A stretch of DNA of 64,000 nucleotides from Aquificota bacterium (GTDB taxonomy: Bacteria > Aquificota > Aquificia > Aquificales > Hydrogenothermaceae). How positions within the stretch are numbered: position 1 is the first letter of the stretch; each line of letters starts with the position of its first letter. This document shows positions 1-7,825 of the stretch, piece by piece. A model generated the notes under the pieces. The model was given only the letters and a program-made list of their open reading frames with translations. It was not told the DNA's origin and made no database searches. The stretch lies in assembly GCA_013153635.1 (NCBI GenBank), contig JAADDZ010000009.1, positions 29,967-93,966 of the forward strand, given 5' to 3'. A program made the position numbers and the translations under genes.

Positions 1-1857
1 AATATCGACGTTATATTAGATGTAATAGATACCCAAAATTTTGAGAAAAATTTCTTTCTCACTACCCAACTATTAGAATTTGAAAAACCAACAGTGATAG
101 TCCTTAATATATATGATGAAGCCGAGAGAAAGGGGATAAATGTTGACATTGAATCTTTAGAAGAAATCCTAAATGTAAAAGTAGTTAAAACAGTAGCAAG
201 AAAAGGAATAGGAATAGAAAAAGTTCTAGATGCAATTATAGAAGCTTATGAGAAAAATTTAACCCCCTCAATAAGATACGAATCTAAAATAGAAGAAGCA
301 TTTTCCAAACTGGAGAAACTTTTAGGTAAAAAATTAACAAAACATCAAGCTATTAAAATCTTATTAACTGGTACAGGGGACAAAGAGCTAGATAAACAGA
401 TAGAAAAAATAAGAAAAGAGCTAGAAAAATTCTATGGAGAAAAAATAGAGGATATTATAAAAGATGAGAGATTTGGTTTTGCCCACGGTGTAGCAAAAAA
501 AATTATAAAAAAAGAAAAAGAACAAAAATACGACATTACAGAGATATTAGATACTTTTTTACTTCACAAGTATATAGGACTTGGACTTTACATATTTATA
601 ATGTTCCTCCTATTTAAAATAGCTTTTGACTTTTCTGCACCTTTGATGGATTGGTTAGATGGATTTTTAATAAACTTTGTATCTCCGTTAATTGTTAATA
701 CCCTCCAGACATTACACGCTTCACAAACCTTGATAAACTTTTTCACAGAGGCAGTGATAGGAGGAGTAGGTTTTGTTCTAACATTTGTTCCTTTGATATT
801 TGTCTTATTTTTTCTGATGACGTTTTTAGAGATGTCAGGGTATCTTCCTAGGATAGCTGTACTTATGGATAGATTCATGGAGAAATTAGGACTACACGGA
901 AGTATGGTAATCCCTCTCATGTTAGGATTTGGCTGTAATGTACCAGCTATAATGGCTACCAAAGCGATAGAGGACAAAAGGGATAAATTTATAGTTATTA
1001 TGATGATACCCTTTATGAGCTGTCCAGCTAGATTGATAGTATTTGCATTTTTTGCCTCTGTTTTTTTCGAAAATCCAGTGTTAATAATAATGGGGCTGTA
1101 CCTATTAGGGATAGTGGTAGGTTTTATAACAGCGTTTTTCCTAAAAAAAACAGTCTTTAAAGGGAATCTTACCCATTTTGCCCTTGAACTTCCACCTTAC
1201 AGGATACCTACACTAAAAGCTCTTATATCAGTTACATGGATACATACAAAAGGGTTTATATACAGAGCAGGAACTATAATATTTGCTATATCTATAGTAG
1301 TATGGGGTCTTTTGAACCTCCCGTTAGGAATAAAAGACCAGTCCCAAAGTTATGCCGCAAAAATAGGACAGACTTTAGTACCAATTTTTGAACCTTTAGG
1401 GATAAACGATTGGAGAGCAACCGCATCACTAATCCCAGCATTCTTAGCTAGAGAGATAGCCCTTAGTTCATTAGGAACTATGTACTATGCAGAGATAAAA
1501 GAAGAAACCCAAACTGTTCCTTTAGATATAAAAGAGCAGTTAATAGACCAAACAAAAAATCTTTTCATATCCTTAAAAAAAGCCTTCCTCTCTATTTTTT
1601 CATTAAAGATAAAAGCTTTTGAGATAGCAAAAGACGAATTTGAAACATTAAGAAAAGTTATAAAAAATCATTTTACACCTCTTTCAGCACTTTCTTATAT
1701 GATACTTTTACTTATATATACTTCTTGTATTGCCACTGTAGCTGTTATGATGCAAGAGTTAGGAAAAAAATATGCACTTTTATTTTTACTATATAGTTTT
1801 GTATTAGCATGGATAATCGCTTTTACTGTATACAATGCAGGAAAAATAATTATGTGA
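1..1857 (+). CDS. feoB: Ferrous iron transporter FeoB (5' end outside window)
   Basis: Frame 1 is open from nt 1 (NIDVILDVIDTQNFEKNFFLT...), which is the tail of the G domain. It is followed by a helical domain and a polytopic membrane region with the GFGCNVPAIMATK gate motif. The listed ORF 94..1857 starts only at an internal Met. Confidence 0.9.
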   Translation, partial: NIDVILDVIDTQNFEKNFFLTTQLLEFEKPTVIVLNIYDEAERKGINVDIESLEEILNVKVVKTVARKGIGIEKVLDAIIEAYEKNLTPSIRYESKIEEAFSKLEKLLGKKLTKHQAIKILLTGTGDKELDKQIEKIRKELEKFYGEKIEDIIKDERFGFAHGVAKKIIKKEKEQKYDITEILDTFLLHKYIGLGLYIFIMFLLFKIAFDFSAPLMDWLDGFLINFVSPLIVNTLQTLHASQTLINFFTEAVIGGVGFVLTFVPLIFVLFFLMTFLEMSGYLPRIAVLMDRFMEKLGLHGSMVIPLMLGFGCNVPAIMATKAIEDKRDKFIVIMMIPFMSCPARLIVFAFFASVFFENPVLIIMGLYLLGIVVGFITAFFLKKTVFKGNLTHFALELPPYRIPTLKALISVTWIHTKGFIYRAGTIIFAISIVVWGLLNLPLGIKDQSQSYAAKIGQTLVPIFEPLGINDWRATASLIPAFLAREIALSSLGTMYYAEIKEETQTVPLDIKEQLIDQTKNLFISLKKAFLSIFSLKIKAFEIAKDEFETLRKVIKNHFTPLSALSYMILLLIYTSCIATVAVMMQELGKKYALLFLLYSFVLAWIIAFTVYNAGKIIM

Positions 1858-1864
1858 GGTTAAG

Positions 1865-2626
1865 ATGGAAAAGAAAAAATGGAGAACCGCGGTAAGTTGG
1901 CACTTTGATAAAGAAGCATACGTTAGAGGCTATAAACTCAAAGATATGATAGATAGATTAAATTTTACCCAAGCGATATATCTTGTCTTAACAGGAGAAT
2001 TACCAAACGAAAGACAACAGAGAATGATGGACGCTATATTAGTAACAATGATAGAACACTCCATCGCACCTCCATCTGTGATAGCCGCAAGAGCTGTTAT
2101 CAGTGGAGGAAATCCACTACACGTAGGAGTAGGAGCAGGAGTACTAGCGTTTGGGAAAGTTCACGGAGGAGCCCTTGAAGATGCTATGAGATTCTTACAA
2201 GAAAATGTAGATAACCCACCAGACCAAGTAGTAAAAACGTATCTTCAGCAAGGAAAGAGAATCCCCGGCTATGGTCACAGATATTACAAAGAAGAAGACC
2301 CAAGAACAGAAAAGCTCCTCTCTATAGCCAAAGAACAGGGCTATTTTGGGAAATACTGTAGATTTGCAGTAGAAATAGAAAAACAGATAGAAAAACAAAA
2401 AAGAAAAAAACTCGTTCTCAATGTAGATGGAGCAGTAGCCGCTGTCGCTTCAGAACTAGGTTTTGATTGGAAAATAGGAGAAGGTTTATGGATAATAGGT
2501 AGAATCCCCGGACTAGTTGCCCATACATACGAAGAATACACAATGGAAAAACCTTTTTCAAAAAGGTTAGACGAAGAAAAAGAAGTAGAGTATATAGGCT
2601 CTCCCCCAAGAGACTTAAACAAATAA
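1865..2626 (+). CDS. Short citrate-synthase-family protein, citryl-CoA lyase-like
   Basis: 253 aa. Carries citrate synthase catalytic blocks (GKVHGGA, IPGYGHRYY, LNVDG) but lacks the large N-terminal part of true citrate synthases. Size and motifs fit the citryl-CoA lyase type known from Aquificae reductive TCA. Confidence 0.7.
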   Translation: MEKKKWRTAVSWHFDKEAYVRGYKLKDMIDRLNFTQAIYLVLTGELPNERQQRMMDAILVTMIEHSIAPPSVIAARAVISGGNPLHVGVGAGVLAFGKVHGGALEDAMRFLQENVDNPPDQVVKTYLQQGKRIPGYGHRYYKEEDPRTEKLLSIAKEQGYFGKYCRFAVEIEKQIEKQKRKKLVLNVDGAVAAVASELGFDWKIGEGLWIIGRIPGLVAHTYEEYTMEKPFSKRLDEEKEVEYIGSPPRDLNK

Positions 2627-2637
2627 GGTAACAACTC

Positions 2638-4647
2638 TTGGAAAATAAAACAGTTAAAAAAAACAAAAAAAAGAGAAACATTCTAATAGCGATAGTAGTT
2701 CTCTTTGTGTTTATCATAGGAAATGTATACATATATGGGAAATTATCAAAAGTAGAAGAAGGTATATACAACCCATACGCTTTTTTAATAATTATCAATA
2801 TAAACGTTGTATTCTTTTTAACTATTCTTGCTCTTACACTTAGGTACTTTATAAAGCTCTTCTTTGAAGAAAGTAAATCAAGAGGGAAACTTAGAAAAAA
2901 ACTCACTGTAATATTACTATCCTTAGTGATTATTCCATCAATGATAATATCTATAGCCTCTATAAGCTTAATTTCAAATGCCACAAATATATGGTTCAGT
3001 GGGAAAGTAGAAGAAGCCCTAAAAACAATAGATGACATCTTAGAAAAAAACATAAAAGAATATGTCCATATGTGTGATGCAGTATCGAAATTAGTACTAT
3101 ATGAAAAAATCCACCCCCAAAAGATAATCAGATACTTTGAACTAAACTCAATAGTTATAATAAAAAACGGAAAAAAATCTACATATGGAAAACCTTTAAG
3201 CTCAATTTCCTACAAAGACCTCATAAACAAAAACTATATAATCTTCTACATACAAGACAAAGCATACCTTAGATACATAAAAAAAGATAACGGAACAATA
3301 GTAATCATAGATAAAAAACTCCCAGACTTCCTATCAAAAAAGAACAAAGAAGTAAAATCTATACTAAAACTATACTCCCAATTTAGATACTATAAAAACC
3401 CAATACGAATAGGTTATATACTCACCATGCTAATCATAACAATGTTCATAATTCTAGCCGCAATATGGTTTAGTCACTACATTGTAAAAAATCTAACCTA
3501 TCCATTAGAACAACTGGCAGAAGCCGCAAAAAGACTAGCAAAAGGTAATCTCAATGTAAGAGTCAACATAACCTCAAAAGACGAAATAGGAATACTCATA
3601 GAAGAATTCAATCACATGGTAGAACAACTTCAAAGCCTATACAAACAACTAGAAGTAAAAAATAAAGAACTCCAATATAGCAACCAGTATCTAGAAACCA
3701 TATTAGAGACAGCAAAAACAGGAGTTATCTTTTCTGACAAAGAAGGTAAAATCCAAAAAATAAACAGTGCCGCACTAAAAATATTAGGAACAGATAAAAA
3801 ACAAGTAGTAGGGAAAGACATTATAGAATTTCTCAAAGAACTAGGCTTAGACCCAAAAGACTTAGAAAAAGGTTCCCGAGTTCAATACAACGGAAAAATA
3901 CTCCTTATGAAACTGACAAAAATCCAAGGTACCAAAAAAGGATATGTACTAGTTATAGATGACATAACAAATGTAGTTCACGCCGAAAAAATATTAGCAT
4001 GGAAAGAGATAGCCCAAAGAATAGCTCATGAGATAAAAAATCCTCTAACACCCATACGCCTATCAGCAGAAAGGATAATCATACAGCACCAACGAAACAA
4101 CCCAAACTTCCCAAAAATACTTGAAAAAGCAACCAATATAATACTAAAAGAGGTAGACTATCTATCGAACCTAGTAAGAGAATTTAATCAATTTGCCTCG
4201 ATACAAGACAAATTAAAAAAAGAAAAATTCAGCCTAAATCAACTCCTACAAGAACTAAAAGATAGCTATGAAACCACAGACTTTAAAGTAGAAATAGAAG
4301 CAGAAAAAGAATTTACCATTTTTGGAGATAAAACCCTTATCAGACAAGCCCTAGCTAACCTTATTCAAAACAGTTACGAAGCAACAGAAGGTCAAAAAGA
4401 AAGGTGGGTAAAGATAAAAGTGTATCAAATTGATGATAAATTAGTAATAGAAGTAATAGATAATGGAGCAGGTATTTCCAAAGAAGATTTGGAAAAAATC
4501 TTCTCCCCTTATTTTTCAAAAAAAGTAAAAGGAAGTGGATTAGGTCTTTCTATAACCAAAGAAATAATAGAACTACACCAAGGAACAATAAAAGCTGTAA
4601 ATTCAGAAAAAGGAGCCCATTTTATAATAGAGCTTCCATTAAAATAA
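2638..4647 (+). CDS. Membrane sensor histidine kinase (NtrY-like: TM-HAMP-PAS-HisKA-HATPase)
   Basis: TTG start. N-terminal TM helices, HAMP-like segment (LAEAAKRLAKGNLNVRV), PAS segment, H-box HEIKNPLTPI, and N/G boxes (NLIQNSYEA, DNGAGI, GSGLGLS). No response regulator gene is adjacent. Confidence 0.85.
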   Translation: MENKTVKKNKKKRNILIAIVVLFVFIIGNVYIYGKLSKVEEGIYNPYAFLIIININVVFFLTILALTLRYFIKLFFEESKSRGKLRKKLTVILLSLVIIPSMIISIASISLISNATNIWFSGKVEEALKTIDDILEKNIKEYVHMCDAVSKLVLYEKIHPQKIIRYFELNSIVIIKNGKKSTYGKPLSSISYKDLINKNYIIFYIQDKAYLRYIKKDNGTIVIIDKKLPDFLSKKNKEVKSILKLYSQFRYYKNPIRIGYILTMLIITMFIILAAIWFSHYIVKNLTYPLEQLAEAAKRLAKGNLNVRVNITSKDEIGILIEEFNHMVEQLQSLYKQLEVKNKELQYSNQYLETILETAKTGVIFSDKEGKIQKINSAALKILGTDKKQVVGKDIIEFLKELGLDPKDLEKGSRVQYNGKILLMKLTKIQGTKKGYVLVIDDITNVVHAEKILAWKEIAQRIAHEIKNPLTPIRLSAERIIIQHQRNNPNFPKILEKATNIILKEVDYLSNLVREFNQFASIQDKLKKEKFSLNQLLQELKDSYETTDFKVEIEAEKEFTIFGDKTLIRQALANLIQNSYEATEGQKERWVKIKVYQIDDKLVIEVIDNGAGISKEDLEKIFSPYFSKKVKGSGLGLSITKEIIELHQGTIKAVNSEKGAHFIIELPLK

Positions 4648-4950
4648 GCATTATTCCTTTTAGACATATTGAAATTTTATTTTCTTTGGTTTTACAATTA
4701 TGGAATGCATTTGAGAATTAGAATATTAAAACCCCCTTATAAGAAGACCCAAAGGAAGTTAAGACTTGTCAACCTAGACAAATTGATATATTATCTATCA
4801 GTTAGGATATATTTATATGCGCATATGGATTTTAAAATGTTTAATTTAAAAAAAAGAAAACTTTTAAATAAGTTGCTTCCCGTCAGAAAAAAACACCCCA
4901 CTTTATACAAAAGCTACAACCTTTTAGAAAATAAAACAGGAGGTATATCC

Positions 4951-5922
4951 ATGAGAAAAATACTATCAACCGCAGTTTTAGGTGTTGCCGCTCTATCATT
5001 AGCAATACCAATGACTGCTGAAGCTAAAAAAGAAAGAAAATCACCACCAGCTCCATTCCTTATCTGGGTAGATGATGCTAAACCTCTCGTAGGAAATGCA
5101 GATATAAGGTTTATATGTAGTGATGGTGAGAAAAAATGTGAAAAACATATCCCAGGTTCAGCTATAACTTCAGCTCACGACTTACATTACCTTAAAGACA
5201 TAAAAGAATGTAACGGACTACCTATGTGTAAAGAAAGAGCAGAAGAGTTCATAGGAAAAGAGTTAGGAGTAAGTAATGATATGACTGCTATAGCTTACGA
5301 TGACGGTAGAGGACCAAACGCATCAGGAGTATGGTACTTCCTATATCTATACGGGTTAGATGCAGACAAAGGGCAAACAAAAATGCTAGATGGTGGACTA
5401 GCAACTTGGGAAGCTAAAGGTTACCCCTTAGAAACTGGACACCCAAAAGTTGAGCCTAAAACATTCAAAGCGAATATAAGATGGGACATCTTAGCTACCA
5501 AAGAAGAAGTACTAAAGGCTATAAAAGACAAGAAAAACTACATAATACTCGACGCAAGAAGATTCCAAGAGTATGTAGGTAAAGCTCTACTAAAAGCTGA
5601 ATACGAGCCGGGAAAAGAGATACAAGTTAAAAGAGGTGGACATATACCCGGAGCTGTGTTCTTCGAATGGAAGAAAGTCGCAGGAAACCCTGCTGGAAAG
5701 CCCGGAAGACCTTTATTCAAACCACTGAAAAAACTCAAAAAATACTTTACAAAAATCGGTGTAACTCCAGAAAAAACTGTTATCACATATTGCCACGTAG
5801 GTACAGGTAGAGGTTCATTCGTATTCGCCGCATTAAAACTAATCGGACATGAAAAAGCTAAAGTGTATGTAGGTTCTTGGGACGAATGGGGTAACGACCC
5901 ATCACTTCCAATCGAAAAATAA
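4951..5922 (+). CDS. Secreted tandem-rhodanese sulfurtransferase (thiosulfate sulfurtransferase-like)
   Basis: ATG at 4951 is preceded by AGGAGG and starts a signal peptide (MRKILSTAVLGVAALSLAIPMTAEA). Two rhodanese domains; the C-terminal one carries the active loop CHVGTGRGS. The listed 4669 start only adds an unprotein-like extension. Confidence 0.8.
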   Translation: MRKILSTAVLGVAALSLAIPMTAEAKKERKSPPAPFLIWVDDAKPLVGNADIRFICSDGEKKCEKHIPGSAITSAHDLHYLKDIKECNGLPMCKERAEEFIGKELGVSNDMTAIAYDDGRGPNASGVWYFLYLYGLDADKGQTKMLDGGLATWEAKGYPLETGHPKVEPKTFKANIRWDILATKEEVLKAIKDKKNYIILDARRFQEYVGKALLKAEYEPGKEIQVKRGGHIPGAVFFEWKKVAGNPAGKPGRPLFKPLKKLKKYFTKIGVTPEKTVITYCHVGTGRGSFVFAALKLIGHEKAKVYVGSWDEWGNDPSLPIEK

Positions 5923-5928
5923 CCTAAG

Positions 5929-5954
5929 AGCCGACCTCAAGGTCGGCTTTTTTT
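5929..5954 (+). terminator. Rho-independent terminator
   Basis: AGCCGACC-tcaa-GGTCGGCT followed by TTTTTTT, directly after the stop at 5922. Confidence 0.75.
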
Positions 5955-5969
5955 ATGGAGGGTTAAAAA

Positions 5970-7097
5970 ATGGAACACACACATGCGTTAATAATGGGAA
6001 TAATCACAGGAGCTCTTTTTGGAATAGTCCTACATAAAGTAGGAGCTATAAGATACTCAAGAGTCGAAGGAATGCTCTTACTAAGAGACCTAAAAATCAT
6101 GAAATTCGCCTTTATGGGAATAGCTACCGCATCAATAATCTACGGTTTGACCCATATACTTGGTTTAGCAGAAGCCCTAAATATCCACCCAAGAGTACTT
6201 CCATACATGGGAATAGCCCACCTAATTGGAGGTTTCTTGTTTGGTATAGCAATGGCTTCAGCTGGTTTTTGTCCCGGTACATGTGTAGCAAGGGTAGGTG
6301 CAGGAAAATGGTTTGCGGCGGCTGGAGTGATAGGATTGGTACTAGGAATAATAATCTACAGTATGATACAGCCATCACTAGTAGAAGCTGGAATATTAGG
6401 GCAGAAAGAGAAAATAACCTTGTACGGTCTACTAGGGATACCTTATGGTGTTTTAGCAGTAGTATGGGGAATAGCATTTATAATATTCACCATAATCGCA
6501 GACTGGTTTGACCCAGCTAAAAAATATGAACAAAAAGAAAATAAAAGCTTATTTCAAGCTATAAGAGGAGAGTGGCACTGGTTACCATCAGGTATCTTTG
6601 CAGGATTAATAATTACATGGGCAACTATGCAAGGAGAGTACTTAGGATTTTCTGGAGCTACCTTAGCTTTAGTTGGTTGGATAGCTCACTCAATAGGTCA
6701 CCCTTTACAGATTGTTCCAAACATAAACGAAACTATTATGTGGCATACAGGTTTGATAATAGGAGTATTACCCGGAGCATTTTTAAGTGCAATTCTTTCA
6801 AAAACATTCAAATTTGACGCAGTTCCTCCTCCTTTTGCAGTAGCAGTTACTCCAATACCTTGGGTTAGATTAGTACTTGTATTCTTTGCAGGCATATTTT
6901 TAGCCCTTGGGGCAATGATTGGAGGTGGTTGTACAACAGGAGCATTCCTTTCAGCATATCCAACTCTATCAGTAGGACCAATGGCTATGTCTGCAACGTA
7001 TTTTGCCATTGGAGTACTAACTGCAAATCTCATATATTTCGGTAGATGGAGCAGATTTGTACAAGCCAAAAAAGCGGCAGACGAGGTTTATGATTAA
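5970..7097 (+). CDS. YeeE/YedE family sulfur-compound (thiosulfate) transport membrane protein
   Basis: 375 aa, polytopic. Two conserved Cys-containing loops typical of YeeE/YedE (SAGFCPGTC and GGGCTTGAF). GGAGGG RBS upstream. Confidence 0.8.
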   Translation: MEHTHALIMGIITGALFGIVLHKVGAIRYSRVEGMLLLRDLKIMKFAFMGIATASIIYGLTHILGLAEALNIHPRVLPYMGIAHLIGGFLFGIAMASAGFCPGTCVARVGAGKWFAAAGVIGLVLGIIIYSMIQPSLVEAGILGQKEKITLYGLLGIPYGVLAVVWGIAFIIFTIIADWFDPAKKYEQKENKSLFQAIRGEWHWLPSGIFAGLIITWATMQGEYLGFSGATLALVGWIAHSIGHPLQIVPNINETIMWHTGLIIGVLPGAFLSAILSKTFKFDAVPPPFAVAVTPIPWVRLVLVFFAGIFLALGAMIGGGCTTGAFLSAYPTLSVGPMAMSATYFAIGVLTANLIYFGRWSRFVQAKKAADEVYD

Positions 7098-7119
7098 ATA
7101 ATTAAAAGAGGTGGAAAGA

Positions 7120-7257
7120 ATGAGTATGATAGAGAGGGTTCTATATTGGTTAGCAATAGTTATACTTATTATTGGACTTATCGGACTAAAAACCCAAATC
7201 TCTGAATTAGAGAAAAAAACCAAGCAAGTTCAAACAGAACTCCAAGAAGGAGGTTGA
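7120..7257 (+). CDS. Unlisted 45-aa single-pass membrane mini-protein
   Basis: ATG 7120 follows AGAGGTGGAAAG. The product MSMIERVLYWLAIVILIIGLIGLKTQISELEKKTKQVQTELQEGG has one TM helix and a charged tail. Its last codons contain the GGAGG RBS of the next gene. It is below the length cut-off of the ORF track. Confidence 0.4.
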   Translation: MSMIERVLYWLAIVILIIGLIGLKTQISELEKKTKQVQTELQEGG

Positions 7258-7262
7258 TTATC

Positions 7263-7757
7263 ATGAATCCAAAAATAGAAAGAGCCATATACATAGGGCT
7301 TATTGTAGTTCTAGCTGGTTTACTTGTAAGTTTTGGGAAAAAAGAGATAGAACTCCAAAAACAGATACCAGTTACAGCAGAAGAGCTTTACAAAAAATTA
7401 GCCAATCCTAACATAAACATTCAGATAATAGATGTGAGACCCTATGAACCAGAAGACGAAGATTACGAAGATGAGTATCTCTACTATACAGATATTCACC
7501 TACCGGGAGCTATTCCTCTTCCAGACTGCGATGAATCTAAAGCTCCAGAAGAAGCTCTAGACCAGATAAACCCATACGCACCAACTATCATAGTATCAAA
7601 AGATGGGGACCCAGAAATATTCAAGAAATGTGCGAAAAAATTTAAAATAGCTCAAAACTTAGAAGGTGGAATAGAAGCATGGGACGATGCTGGTCTTCCT
7701 ACAGAAGACGGAGAGTATGAACCACCAAAAGCAGGTGGCGGAGGTGGTTGTTTATAA
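7263..7757 (+). CDS. Membrane-anchored rhodanese-like protein without catalytic-loop Cys, with a C-terminal GGGGGCL tail
   Basis: ATG 7263 lies 9 nt after GGAGG (the listed TTG 7254 is less likely). N-terminal TM anchor (AIYIGLIVVLAGLLVSF). Rhodanese blocks IIDVRP... and NLEGGIEAWDDAGLP. The loop position reads IIVSKDGDPE with no Cys. The protein ends ...PPKAGGGGGCL. Confidence 0.7.
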   Translation: MNPKIERAIYIGLIVVLAGLLVSFGKKEIELQKQIPVTAEELYKKLANPNINIQIIDVRPYEPEDEDYEDEYLYYTDIHLPGAIPLPDCDESKAPEEALDQINPYAPTIIVSKDGDPEIFKKCAKKFKIAQNLEGGIEAWDDAGLPTEDGEYEPPKAGGGGGCL

Positions 7758-7762
7758 CAAGT

Positions 7763-7792
7763 AGGGTGGTCAGCCACCCTATAATTTTCTTT
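7763..7792 (+). terminator. Hairpin, weak terminator or attenuator before the molybdoenzyme genes
   Basis: AGGGTGG-tcag-CCACCCT followed by ATAATTTTCTTT, an imperfect U-tract. Confidence 0.45.
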
Positions 7793-7825
7793 ACTTAACG
7801 AAATTAAATTCAGGAGGTAAGTTTA

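Noticed and set aside
4766-4781. TTGTC-N6-GACAA inverted repeat resembling the pilin enhancer motif, upstream of the rhodanese gene
   Set aside because: The arms are only 5 bp in AT-rich DNA, and I found no GG-N10-GC sigma-54 element downstream. It is likely chance.
4669-4950. A 94-codon N-terminal extension of the rhodanese ORF in the six-frame track
   Set aside because: The extension is Lys/Tyr/Leu-rich and does not look like protein. It lies in an AT-rich intergenic region and has no RBS. A strong AGGAGG plus ATG at 4951 starts a canonical signal peptide.
6124-7069. Cluster of alternative-frame and antisense ORFs inside the YeeE gene
   Set aside because: They result from locally higher GC content and Gly/Ala-rich membrane protein coding, which depletes stop codons. 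None has a start context or recognisable motifs.
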